NCBI GenBank assembly: GCA_964367745.1
Contig: CAYIYK010000003.1
Span: forward strand, 10,248 to 74,247
Length of the DNA: 64,000 bases
From: an uncultured Candidatus Saccharibacteria bacterium
Lineage (GTDB): Bacteria > Patescibacteriota > Minisyncoccia > Phycocordibacterales > PALSA-1337
Direction of reading: 5' to 3'
The notes below the pieces were generated by a model. The model was not told the origin of the DNA and made no database searches. It saw only the letters and a program-made list of their open reading frames with translations. The position numbers and the translations under genes were made by a program. Within the stretch, counting starts at the first letter, position 1. The number at the start of each line of letters is the position of its first letter. This document shows positions 38,993 to 48,663 of the stretch, piece by piece.

Positions 38993-40366
38993 ACCGTATC
39001 TAACAAACCATCCTCGAACTATTGATATTCCCTTTCGAAGGATTATTTTATCTTCTTCTTTGAAACCAAAGATAATTTTAAAATCAAAATGGAATCCTTT
39101 ATCCTGATTTTTTGTGTATATATAGTTTGCAATAACCATAATTAAAGGTACGAGTACAAATTCAAGAGACAATCCCCAAAGACCGATAATTGGTAGGGTA
39201 GAAACGATGAGACCAAGAGTCAAACTATTTCTTAATAGATGTAGAAAGAAAAGGTATTTTTGTTTTCGTAGTGCTATGAGATAGTTGCCGATTATGATTC
39301 CACTTGCAAATATTGGTAAATTCAAGAGCATAAAGTAGAACAATGGTATTGATTGTGCGTATTTTGAGAAGAAAGTATAGACGACTGGTGGCACGACAAC
39401 AATCGCTGATATAACCACCAATATACTTCCAAGTACAAAATATTTTATTCCATAAGAAAACATTTTTACCGATAGATGTTTGTCTTTTATCCAAAGTGGT
39501 ACGAGAGATTGCATTGTATTACTTGGAATTAGATCTTGAATAGTTGTAACAATAGTCTCTGCGATAGAATATATAGCCACTGCTTCTGTGCCAATGAAAA
39601 GTTTAACCAGCCAAGGTTTAACCCTGAAAGTTATTTTATTTATAAATTGTCGAAGCACATCCCAAGTACCATAGGTGGTGAAAATATTCCACAACAATAC
39701 ATTTGGAGTAGCTACAATATGACTCCATTTGAAATATACCTTGAAGAATTGATATGAAACTGCCAAAACACTGAGTGATGAAGCGATGATTATAGATAGT
39801 ATCAATTGTTTCAAACCAAGATTGCCTTGCAGGAAATAATAAATAAGTACAATAGATTGAATAGCTTTATTTATAGTATATCTCTGAGCAACTACTGAGA
39901 ACTTCAATCTGACTAGACATAGTAATCGTATAAGAACGAACAATCCTTCACTCAAAATCACAAAAGAAATCATTCTCATATCTTTTACGAAATCGATATC
40001 GTAAGATTTAAAGAAGTAAACTGAACCGAAGAATATTATTGCCCAAGCAATGAAAGTTATAACTATTCTAACCAAAGAATATTCTAAGAAAATTCTCTTT
40101 GCATCACTAAGTCTATTGTCAGCAATTGCTCGAGACATTTCATTTGAGATAATAGCTGAACCAAGATTCAAAACATCAGACGGTACACCTGAAAAAGAAA
40201 GTAGGAGTTGGAATACACCGTACTGATACAGGGTAAGAGATGTAATGGTTAAGAATGTATTCAATAGACCTATTGCCTTTGTCACAAGATTCCAAAAGGT
40301 TGAAATAGCTTCCCCTTTTAAGAAAATAGCCATAAATGACGGCTTTTTTTGAGTATTTGTATCCAT
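38978..40366 (-). CDS. Polytopic membrane protein, Wzx-like oligosaccharide flippase (MOP superfamily) candidate
   Basis: 462 aa with about 12-14 TM helices. It sits inside the glycan locus. No catalytic motifs, and the topology resembles Wzx. Confidence 0.4.
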   Translation of the reverse strand: MDTNTQKKPSFMAIFLKGEAISTFWNLVTKAIGLLNTFLTITSLTLYQYGVFQLLLSFSGVPSDVLNLGSAIISNEMSRAIADNRLSDAKRIFLEYSLVRIVITFIAWAIIFFGSVYFFKSYDIDFVKDMRMISFVILSEGLFVLIRLLCLVRLKFSVVAQRYTINKAIQSIVLIYYFLQGNLGLKQLILSIIIASSLSVLAVSYQFFKVYFKWSHIVATPNVLLWNIFTTYGTWDVLRQFINKITFRVKPWLVKLFIGTEAVAIYSIAETIVTTIQDLIPSNTMQSLVPLWIKDKHLSVKMFSYGIKYFVLGSILVVISAIVVVPPVVYTFFSKYAQSIPLFYFMLLNLPIFASGIIIGNYLIALRKQKYLFFLHLLRNSLTLGLIVSTLPIIGLWGLSLEFVLVPLIMVIANYIYTKNQDKGFHFDFKIIFGFKEEDKIILRKGISIVRGWFVRYGLLTQ

Positions 40367-40389
40367 AACTCAATATACTATCATAAATT

Positions 40390-41814
40390 GTGATAACCAT
40401 ATATAATCTTAAAAAATACAATTTTATGAAAAATATATCCAAAAAGGCTTTCATTATCATATTTTTAATAATCGTATCCGTAAATTTCCTTTATGCTATA
40501 TCATATAAAATAAAACCAGCTGTAGATGCTGAAGCATATGATGAAATAGCGACAAATATCGTTGAACACGAACAGTACAGATCGAGCTTTAACGTTCCTC
40601 TAGAACTTGATGGTTCAATATCAAGAATCGGTCCTGGATATGAATTGTTCTTAGCTACAAATTATCTATTCTTTGGAAAACATTTTTGGATTATTTGGTT
40701 ATTCCAAGCAATACTTTATGCTTTGACTATTGTAATGCTTGGCTTGATGAGTCTAAAGTTATTCCCTGTTTTAAATCAAAACACAAAAATCCTTTATGGT
40801 TCGATGATTGTCTTTGGTCTACTTATCGATATTATTCAGTTGAATGCAATGATAATGACCGAATCCCTTTTCCTATTTCTTCTAACTCTTTCTTTCTTTA
40901 TTTGGTCACAAATTTACAATCATGATCCAAAGATAAAATATGGACTGTGGATTATCCTTGGTTTCGTCTTGGGATTGTTAACCCTTACAAGACCAACAGG
41001 TCTTCTAGTTTTTGTTTTATTAAGTGGAGCAACTATATATAGGAAAAAACTTGGTTCAATACTTGCAATATGCCTTATTGCTATTCCTTTTATCTTAATC
41101 CAAGTTCCTTGGTTTGTAAGAAATTATCATGTATATAATCAATTCATTTTTCACTCTAGTGCTGATGGTCTGAATTTCTTAAGTGGCAACTATCCCGGTA
41201 ATCATGGAGAATTTACTTCTGATTTCCCTTTTTATAAAGAATTAAAAGAGAAATACCCATCCCCAGTAGAATTAAATAGTGAAGCAAAGAAGTGGTATAA
41301 AGATTTTGTATTACATCACCCTATTCAAGCTACAAAAATACTAATTGAAAAAGCTTTAATATTCTTTTCACTTACCAAAACTTCTGGCTTTTGGTTCCAT
41401 TATTTTGGAAAGACTGATCAGATACTTACGATCCTCATATCAATATTTCAAAACTTTATAATACTTGGAAGTATTATATTGTATGGAACGATGGTTGTTA
41501 AAAGATGGATAAATAAACAATTCCTTCTACCAGACATATTCCTTGCTTCAACTTTTGTAGTATTAACAGTAACTCCAATAATTTCAGTTATAGCAAATAG
41601 ACATAGACTTCCACTAGTTATAATGTCTCTGCCTTTATTCGTCTATGTTGCATATATAATAAAAAATAACTTTAGAAAAATGAAATGGGAAATCGCTATT
41701 ACGATTCTTATCCTTATCGCAAGTACAGGTTTTGATCTATTCTTACAATTCGATAAATTCAAATCAAAGATACATTCAGTGAATAAAAATCCAGCAGAAA
41801 CAGTAACTAAATAA
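40390..41814 (+). CDS. GT-C fold membrane glycosyltransferase (ArnT/PMT-like). The six-frame ORF starts at a GTG; an ATG at 40426 is an alternative start.
   Basis: 474 aa. An N-terminal TM, then a periplasmic-loop acidic motif (AVDAEAYDE), then many TM helices. It is paired with a second GT-C and a Dpm1-like GT2. Confidence 0.5.
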   Translation: MITIYNLKKYNFMKNISKKAFIIIFLIIVSVNFLYAISYKIKPAVDAEAYDEIATNIVEHEQYRSSFNVPLELDGSISRIGPGYELFLATNYLFFGKHFWIIWLFQAILYALTIVMLGLMSLKLFPVLNQNTKILYGSMIVFGLLIDIIQLNAMIMTESLFLFLLTLSFFIWSQIYNHDPKIKYGLWIILGFVLGLLTLTRPTGLLVFVLLSGATIYRKKLGSILAICLIAIPFILIQVPWFVRNYHVYNQFIFHSSADGLNFLSGNYPGNHGEFTSDFPFYKELKEKYPSPVELNSEAKKWYKDFVLHHPIQATKILIEKALIFFSLTKTSGFWFHYFGKTDQILTILISIFQNFIILGSIILYGTMVVKRWINKQFLLPDIFLASTFVVLTVTPIISVIANRHRLPLVIMSLPLFVYVAYIIKNNFRKMKWEIAITILILIASTGFDLFLQFDKFKSKIHSVNKNPAETVTK

Positions 41815-41817
41815 TTT

Positions 41818-43476
41818 ATGATTAAGAAAATTATAAAACACCCATTAAGTTATATATTACTTTTTGCTTTTTTAATTCGTATAGTAATGATCAAATACGG
41901 TTTGCCATTCTGGCTATACAATGACGAACCACCTTTTGTACTTACAACACTGAAGATGTTCCAACTAAAAACACTGTTACCAGTGTTACATGAAGCTGAT
42001 TTCAAGCCTTTCATGTATTACCCTCCTTATATTAGTTATCTATATATTCCCTTCTTTTTATTTTCTATAGCACTATCATGGATTGGTTTTGATGGAAACC
42101 TTAGTGAGTTACAGAATGTCTTGGCTAGTGATCCTTCTATATTTTTCATAACAGCGAGAGTAATAATGATTTTTATTAGTATATTAACAATTTATTTAAT
42201 ATATAAAATAACTCAATCATTAACTCAAAGTAAGACAGCATCACTTTATTCTGCAATCCTTTCTTCAACAAGTTTAATGTTTATAAGTCTTTCAATCACA
42301 GGCAAACACTGGGTACCAATACTTTTCTTTTATACACTTTGTCTTTTTATACTTACACGTCCGAATTGGTCTATTAAAAAGAGATATATATTGTCAGCAG
42401 TTACTATTGGTATCGGAACTGGTGTAGGTACTGTGGTGATTCTTTTTTCAGTTGTTATTTTCCTTTGGTATATAACGTACGATAAAGTAAGTATGAAAGA
42501 AAGTTTGACTAGCTTACTTATGTACAAACTAGGTTTTATCGTAGTTATTTTATCTTTTATTCCAGTTCTTCTTTATCCTGCAAGTCTTGGTTTCGTACCA
42601 GACACAACATTACATGGAGGTAAAACTCTTTTAGGATTCATAACTAGTCCTTTTGTCTTTCCATTCCCTTTTATCGCCACGGAACCAGTTTTGGTATTAC
42701 TTAGTCTTATTGGTTTATATCTCGGTTTTAAAAAATACAAACCATTCTATATAACATCTATCATTTTTACAGTGTTTTACAGTATGATATTCTATGTATT
42801 TTTCAGATTCGAATACCGTTTCCTTTTACCTCTTGTATTGTTCTTAATAGTTGGATCAGCAATAGGAATAAATGAGATTAGGAATAAATACCCAAACAAA
42901 TATTCTAAAGCATTTATTTATCTAATTCTTCTAATCCCAATATTATTCTCTTTGAGACTTAGTTATCTTGGTTATGTAAATGATTCAAGAATAAAAGCAA
43001 AAGAATGGTTGAATGCCAATACCGAAGCTGATGACAAAGTTATCGTCTATGCAAACCTTATGAGAATAGCGAATAATAAAAATGGAATATTGGAACAAGA
43101 ATTCATCGATTCTAGATCATTGAGGACAAATGATAAAAACATGTTGAATATTCGAGACGGTTTGATAAAAGAGAAGACATTCCACGCTTTAAATCTATAT
43201 ACAGTTGAGAACGACAATTTCTACAAAATGATTGATGTTTATGCAAAAAAGAATGGCTATAAATATCTAATATTTAGTAAAAAAGATTTCTTAGATAAAT
43301 CTGAACAGTTTGAGTATGTTAAAAATCTTACAAAAGATGCTAAACTTATGGCAAGCTATGGTAATAATGAGAGTAACTATTCCCTATCAAAAACAGACAT
43401 TGGACCTAATTTATTACCTTTCTTTAGAATAAATGAATTCGGACCAGAGATAGAGATATATAAATTGAATAACTAA
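41818..43476 (+). CDS. GT-C fold membrane glycosyltransferase (PMT_2 / dolichyl-phosphate-mannose protein-mannosyltransferase-like) with a C-terminal soluble domain
   Basis: 552 aa. MIKYGLPFWLYNDEPPF is the typical first-loop motif of ArnT/PMT-like enzymes. About 11 TM helices are followed by a ~180-aa soluble C-terminal domain. Confidence 0.55.
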   Translation: MIKKIIKHPLSYILLFAFLIRIVMIKYGLPFWLYNDEPPFVLTTLKMFQLKTLLPVLHEADFKPFMYYPPYISYLYIPFFLFSIALSWIGFDGNLSELQNVLASDPSIFFITARVIMIFISILTIYLIYKITQSLTQSKTASLYSAILSSTSLMFISLSITGKHWVPILFFYTLCLFILTRPNWSIKKRYILSAVTIGIGTGVGTVVILFSVVIFLWYITYDKVSMKESLTSLLMYKLGFIVVILSFIPVLLYPASLGFVPDTTLHGGKTLLGFITSPFVFPFPFIATEPVLVLLSLIGLYLGFKKYKPFYITSIIFTVFYSMIFYVFFRFEYRFLLPLVLFLIVGSAIGINEIRNKYPNKYSKAFIYLILLIPILFSLRLSYLGYVNDSRIKAKEWLNANTEADDKVIVYANLMRIANNKNGILEQEFIDSRSLRTNDKNMLNIRDGLIKEKTFHALNLYTVENDNFYKMIDVYAKKNGYKYLIFSKKDFLDKSEQFEYVKNLTKDAKLMASYGNNESNYSLSKTDIGPNLLPFFRINEFGPEIEIYKLNN

Positions 43477-44240
43477 TGAAAATCACGATAATAATACCAA
43501 CATACAATGAGGGTGAAGCAATCGGTAATCTTCTCGATGCGGTTATTGCTGAGACAAAGGAAATAAAGAATCATATATTTTCTATTCTTATCGTTGACGG
43601 GAATTCAAAAGACAATACTCAAGAGAATGTTAGAAACAAATCAAATAAATACAACAATATAAAACTAATTGTTGAAAAAAGTAAATGCGGTCTTGGGAAT
43701 GCGTATCTAGAAGGAATGAATTATGCAATAAACAATCTTGGTGCGGATGCCTTCATGGAATTTGATGGTGATTTCCAGCACAATCCAAAAGATATAAAGA
43801 AGTTGGTAGAAAAACTAGATCAAGGATACGAATATATAATCGGATCAAGATATATAAAAGGAGGAACGATTCCAAAAGAATGGCCTTGGTACAGGAAAGC
43901 TATTAGTTCATTCGGAAATATCGTTATAAGTATAGGATTAAGACTTGGTATAAATGATGCAACTTCAGGATTCAAACTATCAAGAGTTGGTAAATTCAAA
44001 GACTCGATGCCATTAAAACAAGGACAATTGATCTCTCTTCGACATGCATATAAGATCCATTTTCTTTATAATATAGTAAAAGCTGGAGCAAAAACAGTAG
44101 AAGTTCCCATAGAATTCTTGAATCGAAATAAAGGAATATCAAAGAGTACTTTCGAAGATATTATAGAATCATTAAGAGTTGTCTTTGTTTTGATTATCAA
44201 AGGTAGAAACAACAGCATTGTTTTTAAAAATAAATCTTGA
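43476..44240 (+). CDS. GT2 polyprenol-phosphate glycosyltransferase (Dpm1/GtrB/ArnC-like)
   Basis: ITIIIPTYNEGEAIGNLLDAV...LIVDGNSKDNTQENV...GLGNAYLEGMNYA...FMEFDGDFQHNPKDIKKLVEKL (the DxD and QH motifs). Confidence 0.75.
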   Translation: MKITIIIPTYNEGEAIGNLLDAVIAETKEIKNHIFSILIVDGNSKDNTQENVRNKSNKYNNIKLIVEKSKCGLGNAYLEGMNYAINNLGADAFMEFDGDFQHNPKDIKKLVEKLDQGYEYIIGSRYIKGGTIPKEWPWYRKAISSFGNIVISIGLRLGINDATSGFKLSRVGKFKDSMPLKQGQLISLRHAYKIHFLYNIVKAGAKTVEVPIEFLNRNKGISKSTFEDIIESLRVVFVLIIKGRNNSIVFKNKS

Positions 44241-44603
44241 ATAGATAAAGTAACTACTGATAGCAAGTAAACCTGAAGCTAGTATTTGACTTAGGAAATA
44301 GTGAATATGGAAGTGATCTACAAATAAATACATTAAAAGTGTATTCACACCAAGATTTACGCTTGAGACAATAAAATAAATAGTTGTTTGTTTGTGAACA
44401 TCTTCGATACTTTTATCCTGAAATGTCCAGAACTTTTGCAATATAAAACTAACAGAGAATGCTATTAGGAAAGCAAGAATTGCTGAAATCAAATAATTTA
44501 TCTTAAAAATATCAACAAAAATAGCTAGGAAGGCCAAGTTAACAACCGCTGCAGTTCCACCAGATATTATATATTTTATTGTCTTAATTATTTTGGTTCT
44601 CAT
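44172..44603 (-). CDS. GtrA-family small membrane protein (polyprenol-P-sugar flippase-associated)
   Basis: 143 aa with 4 TM helices. YIISGGTAAVVNLAFLAIFVDIFKINYLISAILAFLIAFSVSFILQKFWTF is the GtrA signature. Its 3' end overlaps the convergent GT2 gene by 69 nt. Confidence 0.65.
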   Translation of the reverse strand: MRTKIIKTIKYIISGGTAAVVNLAFLAIFVDIFKINYLISAILAFLIAFSVSFILQKFWTFQDKSIEDVHKQTTIYFIVSSVNLGVNTLLMYLFVDHFHIHYFLSQILASGLLAISSYFIYSRFIFKNNAVVSTFDNQNKDNS

Positions 44604-45289
44604 TGCTTAACAATCACGCACTGACCAACTGTAGTAACTATTGGAATTTCCTTTTTATCAATCAAGAATTCATCTAAAGCTTTTTTAACTCCTGGAGTAT
44701 TCTTGCCCATATAGTCATCGAAAAATATGAATCCCCCTTTTAACATCTTTGGATAGAAGAAGTTCAACGAATCAAGAGTTGATTGATAAATATCAACATC
44801 AATATAGACAAAAGAGAAATTCTCACTTTGTGCTGGAGCACTTGTATCTGGGAAAAATCCTGGGCAAAAAACTATGTCCTTTGCATCTTTAAAAATCTCT
44901 TTTACACCTTCTAAAGAAGTATTTATAAAATCACCTTCTTTATGTAAATCTATCTCTTCATTTACCTTTGGCATTCCTTTGAAAGTATCGAAAAGATAAA
45001 ACTTCTTACCATTTCCTTCTTTTGCATGAGCTATTAGTCTCGCAGACCCACCACGAAATACTCCTACTTGCGCCATCGCTCCAGGGAAGCGTTTTGCTTG
45101 TCTTGCAAACTGCCAAAGCATAAACAATCTATCTCTTTCAAGCATTGTATATGGACTTACTTTTTTGTAAGCATTCTCAAAATCATTATCCTTTGCCCAA
45201 GAGATAAAATCCATTCTTACATCTGTACGAGTAATGGTATAGCCTGTTTTATCAATTATTTTTTTAATTAAATCTTTTATTTTTTTCAT
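44600..45289 (-). CDS. TylF/MycF-family (macrocin-O-methyltransferase-like) sugar O-methyltransferase
   Basis: GAMAQVGVFRGGSARLIAHA...KKFYLFDTFKGMP...VYIDVDIYQSTLDSLNFFYPKMLKGGFIFFDDY. These are the characteristic TylF-family motifs. Confidence 0.65.
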   Translation of the reverse strand: MKKIKDLIKKIIDKTGYTITRTDVRMDFISWAKDNDFENAYKKVSPYTMLERDRLFMLWQFARQAKRFPGAMAQVGVFRGGSARLIAHAKEGNGKKFYLFDTFKGMPKVNEEIDLHKEGDFINTSLEGVKEIFKDAKDIVFCPGFFPDTSAPAQSENFSFVYIDVDIYQSTLDSLNFFYPKMLKGGFIFFDDYMGKNTPGVKKALDEFLIDKKEIPIVTTVGQCVIVKQ

Positions 45290-45879
45290 TTTGTTGCGTA
45301 TAAATAATAACCGTAAGTTGTTGTCTTTTTTGCAGTACCAAAAATCTTATCCAAAATAGTTGATAATGGATGCAAAATAAATTTCAATTTATGTTGCATT
45401 GGAAAGAAGAAAGATAAGGTCTTAAAGTATCCTCCAGCTTTTATAAGTTCAACCTTAGAAAAGCCTTCGAACATAAATAATAACGAATCATCGAAGAATC
45501 TCCAATAGTCAGGATATGAGCCTTTTCTTGCATGGTATGGATATATAGAAGGAACATAAACAAATATCTTACCTCCCTTTTTCAATACCCTTTTTAGCTC
45601 CAAAACTGCTCTTATAGGGTCTTTTACATGCTCTAGCACCGAACTACATATAACAGCGTCTACACTTTCATCCTTTAATGGTATAGCGTGTATATCACCG
45701 ATAACATCTGCACCCGTATGTGCATCATAATCCATTGTCTTGTAATCACAGTTCTTAAATAGATCCTTATAAGGTTCTAGCCATTTCTGGAATCGATCGC
45801 CTCCACCAATATCTAATACGATCTTTTCTTTACTTATCAAAACCATCTTTTCATCTACAAATTTTTGATAGTGTGTCAT
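45286..45879 (-). CDS. Class I SAM-dependent methyltransferase (Methyltransf_11-like)
   Basis: VLDIGGGDRF (motif I) ... DAVICSSVLEHVKDP...LKKGGKIFVYVP. Confidence 0.6.
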   Translation of the reverse strand: MTHYQKFVDEKMVLISKEKIVLDIGGGDRFQKWLEPYKDLFKNCDYKTMDYDAHTGADVIGDIHAIPLKDESVDAVICSSVLEHVKDPIRAVLELKRVLKKGGKIFVYVPSIYPYHARKGSYPDYWRFFDDSLLFMFEGFSKVELIKAGGYFKTLSFFFPMQHKLKFILHPLSTILDKIFGTAKKTTTYGYYLYATK

Positions 45880-45883
45880 ATAT

Positions 45884-46573
45884 TTATTTTGTAAATCTTG
45901 TTCTTATAATAGTACCGAGAATCATAAATCCGTGCTTCCAATTTATTTTCTTACCTTCTGAATAACTTCGTGGGTTGTAATGTATTGGTACATCTACAGT
46001 CTTATATCCCATTTTCAAAGCCTTACAAACCAATTCATTCTCATAATCAAAACTATTTGCTTTAACATCGATTTTTCTTGCTAATTCTTTTGTTATGGCT
46101 TTATAACATCCTTCATATTCACCTGCATGATTTAAGTATAAAATATTTGTAAGCCAAGTTATAGTGAAGTTCCCTATTGTACCAAGGAAATAAAGTACTT
46201 TTCTCCCCGTATGTCTATCTTCTATTCTAACCCCTAGAGTCACTTCAGTTTTACTATCAAGTATAGGTTGAATAACCGCTTTAAAATCATTTGGATCATA
46301 TTCTAGATCTGCATCTTGTATTATAAAAATATCTCCTGTTGCTTCTTTGAAGCCTTTTTTAACAGCTGCACCTTTTCCAGGAATAGTTTCTTTAAAAACC
46401 CTAACTCCTTGTATTGAACTAGCGATGTTGTAAGTATTATCTTTTGAATTGTTATCGACAACAATAATCTCTTTTTCGATATTCCCAATATCCGCCTTTT
46501 TTACCAATTCTACTATCTTTTGAATTGTCTTTTCTTCATTGTATGCAGGAATAACGATGGAAAGTTTTTTCAT
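45884..46573 (-). CDS. GT2 glycosyltransferase (Dpm1-like polyprenol-phosphate sugar transferase)
   Basis: LSIVIPAYNEEKTIQKIV...IIVVDNNSKDNT...GKGAAVKKGFKEATGDIFIIQDADLEYDP. Confidence 0.7.
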   Translation of the reverse strand: MKKLSIVIPAYNEEKTIQKIVELVKKADIGNIEKEIIVVDNNSKDNTYNIASSIQGVRVFKETIPGKGAAVKKGFKEATGDIFIIQDADLEYDPNDFKAVIQPILDSKTEVTLGVRIEDRHTGRKVLYFLGTIGNFTITWLTNILYLNHAGEYEGCYKAITKELARKIDVKANSFDYENELVCKALKMGYKTVDVPIHYNPRSYSEGKKINWKHGFMILGTIIRTRFTK

Positions 46574-47709
46574 AATTTTTTAACTATTATAACATCTTTA
46601 ACTATAGATATATGGGTATCAGTAACTACATCCCATGATTGATTTAATGGCAATGAATTGACGATTTCTATCATGTTTGGATAGAGTTTTTTATCAAACA
46701 TATTTAATATTTTATTCTCCAATTCCTTTTTATCAAATGGATCAAATAAGAACTCTTCTGGCAAGACAACAGATAGACCGTTTCCTTTTGTAAGTAGTAC
46801 CGGTTTGCCCAAAGAAAGAGATTCGAGTATAAAGTTTGGATTGAATTCTGAAAGAGCTGGTCCAATACATACAGTTGAATTTCTAATATAATCAAATAAT
46901 TCATTTTGAGGAACTGAATTCTTAAAGATTACAATTTCTTTCATTGATAATTTATCTACCAAATCAACTAATTTATTTTTATCTGGACCACTACCAACCA
47001 AGATAAACTTTCCCTTACCGATCTTTTTTACTACATTATTAAAAACTTTGATCACTAATTCTAGATTTTTATAACTAACGAATCTTCCAGCAAAAAGTAG
47101 TGTTGGTATATCCTGTATTTGAGAATTAGACTTTTCTTTTCTTACTACAGGATTCTTAACTATTACAATTTTATCTTGATTTGCATCGTAATAATTTATA
47201 TAAAAATCTTTAAAAAATTGACCGTAAACTATTATTTTATCTGCTTTTTTTATAATAAATCTTATTAGTTTATAAAGTATTGGTTTATCAATTCTATATA
47301 ATCCTTGTTTATAGTAATCATCAATAGTTATAAACCTCTTCCCCATTTCTACTGTCCTTTCCCAAATAGGATCACCCCCAATTCTTATAATAAATGGCTT
47401 TCTAAAGATAATAGATGCCAAGCAAGCAGGTAAGCCGGCAGCAGTTGGATCAAAAGCATAAATTGCTTTACTACCAATACCCTTACACATAACAATAAAA
47501 TAGTATGTTAACCATTGCAAAACCTTAGGCAAACGTCTCGATACTCGAATAACTTTGAATGGAAATTTCTTATTTGTCTTATCATCTCCATAAGCAAGTA
47601 CAGTTACATCGAAACCATTAGCCTGTAAAGCCTCAGCAATTTTCTGTACATGTATAGCGGGACCTCCAACATCAGGATAAAAAATTCCAGCTGCAAATAA
47701 GATTTTCAT
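46570..47709 (-). CDS. GT4-family (GT-B) glycosyltransferase
   Basis: MKILFAAGIFYPDVGGPAIHVQKIAEALQANGFDVTVLAYGDD. It is a paralog of 51735-52757. The C-terminal half is GT-B with LVGSGPDK...GPALSEFNPNFILESLSLGKPVL. Confidence 0.6.
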   Translation of the reverse strand: MKILFAAGIFYPDVGGPAIHVQKIAEALQANGFDVTVLAYGDDKTNKKFPFKVIRVSRRLPKVLQWLTYYFIVMCKGIGSKAIYAFDPTAAGLPACLASIIFRKPFIIRIGGDPIWERTVEMGKRFITIDDYYKQGLYRIDKPILYKLIRFIIKKADKIIVYGQFFKDFYINYYDANQDKIVIVKNPVVRKEKSNSQIQDIPTLLFAGRFVSYKNLELVIKVFNNVVKKIGKGKFILVGSGPDKNKLVDLVDKLSMKEIVIFKNSVPQNELFDYIRNSTVCIGPALSEFNPNFILESLSLGKPVLLTKGNGLSVVLPEEFLFDPFDKKELENKILNMFDKKLYPNMIEIVNSLPLNQSWDVVTDTHISIVKDVIIVKKL

Positions 47710-47754
47710 ATTTTAATATTGTCACCTTAATAATATTGCTATACTATATCAAAC

Positions 47755-48663
47755 ATGGATAAAAAACTAAATGTCGCAATAATCGGTATAGGTAAATGGG
47801 GTAAGAACCTAACTGAAGCTTTTTTGAGACAAGGTGCAAATATTAAATACTGTTTTAATAAAGGTTCAATAGAAAATGTAAAATGGTTAAAAGAAAAGCA
47901 TCCTGATATTGAACTAGCTTCAAGCTATGAAGATATTCTTTCAGACAAAACAATTGATTCAATAATAGTTGCTACTCCTATAAAGACTCACTTTGAAATT
48001 ACAAAAAAGGCTTTGCTAGCAAAAAAAAATGTTTTTCTTGAAAAACCTGGAACTGAGACTGTGGAAGAATTGGAAGAACTCAAAAAACTTCATGTAGATA
48101 ACGATCTAATACTTACTGTTGGTTATATTTTTGTACACCATCCAGTCTGCACATATATTAAAAAACTACTAAATAACGAGAAAATAATTAGTATACATTT
48201 CGAATGGAATAAATGGGGATCATTCGGAGAGGATATAATACTTAATCTTTTTTCACATGAGATTTCATTATTAAAAACTTTTGGTATAGATATTGAAGAA
48301 AAGACGATAAGTTTCGAAACCCATTCTCATATTTCTGAAAAAGATATTGTTGTATTTAATGCAGAGGGTAAAAATGGAGAAAAAATAACAATAAATATAA
48401 ATAGAGTGAGTTTGGATAAGAAAAAAACAGTCACTATTAAAACTAATAAGAACTCATACATTTGGCTAAATAATGAATTAAAAATTATTAATATGGATCA
48501 GATTAATACAAACATTGAAGTATCAAATGTGCCAGCATTAGATATTGAAGTTGCAAATTTTATATCTAATATACAAAACAAAAATAAGCCTTTAGTTGAT
48601 CTGGATTTTTCAATAGATGTACTTAAAACTACTTCTTTTTTATTAGATTCAAAACATCCTTAG
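47755..48663 (+). CDS. Gfo/Idh/MocA-family NAD(P)-dependent oxidoreductase (sugar dehydrogenase-like)
   Basis: LNVAIIGIGKWGKNLTEAF is the N-terminal Rossmann motif, followed by FLEKPGTETVEELEELKKL (the EKP motif). Confidence 0.65.
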   Translation: MDKKLNVAIIGIGKWGKNLTEAFLRQGANIKYCFNKGSIENVKWLKEKHPDIELASSYEDILSDKTIDSIIVATPIKTHFEITKKALLAKKNVFLEKPGTETVEELEELKKLHVDNDLILTVGYIFVHHPVCTYIKKLLNNEKIISIHFEWNKWGSFGEDIILNLFSHEISLLKTFGIDIEEKTISFETHSHISEKDIVVFNAEGKNGEKITININRVSLDKKKTVTIKTNKNSYIWLNNELKIINMDQINTNIEVSNVPALDIEVANFISNIQNKNKPLVDLDFSIDVLKTTSFLLDSKHP

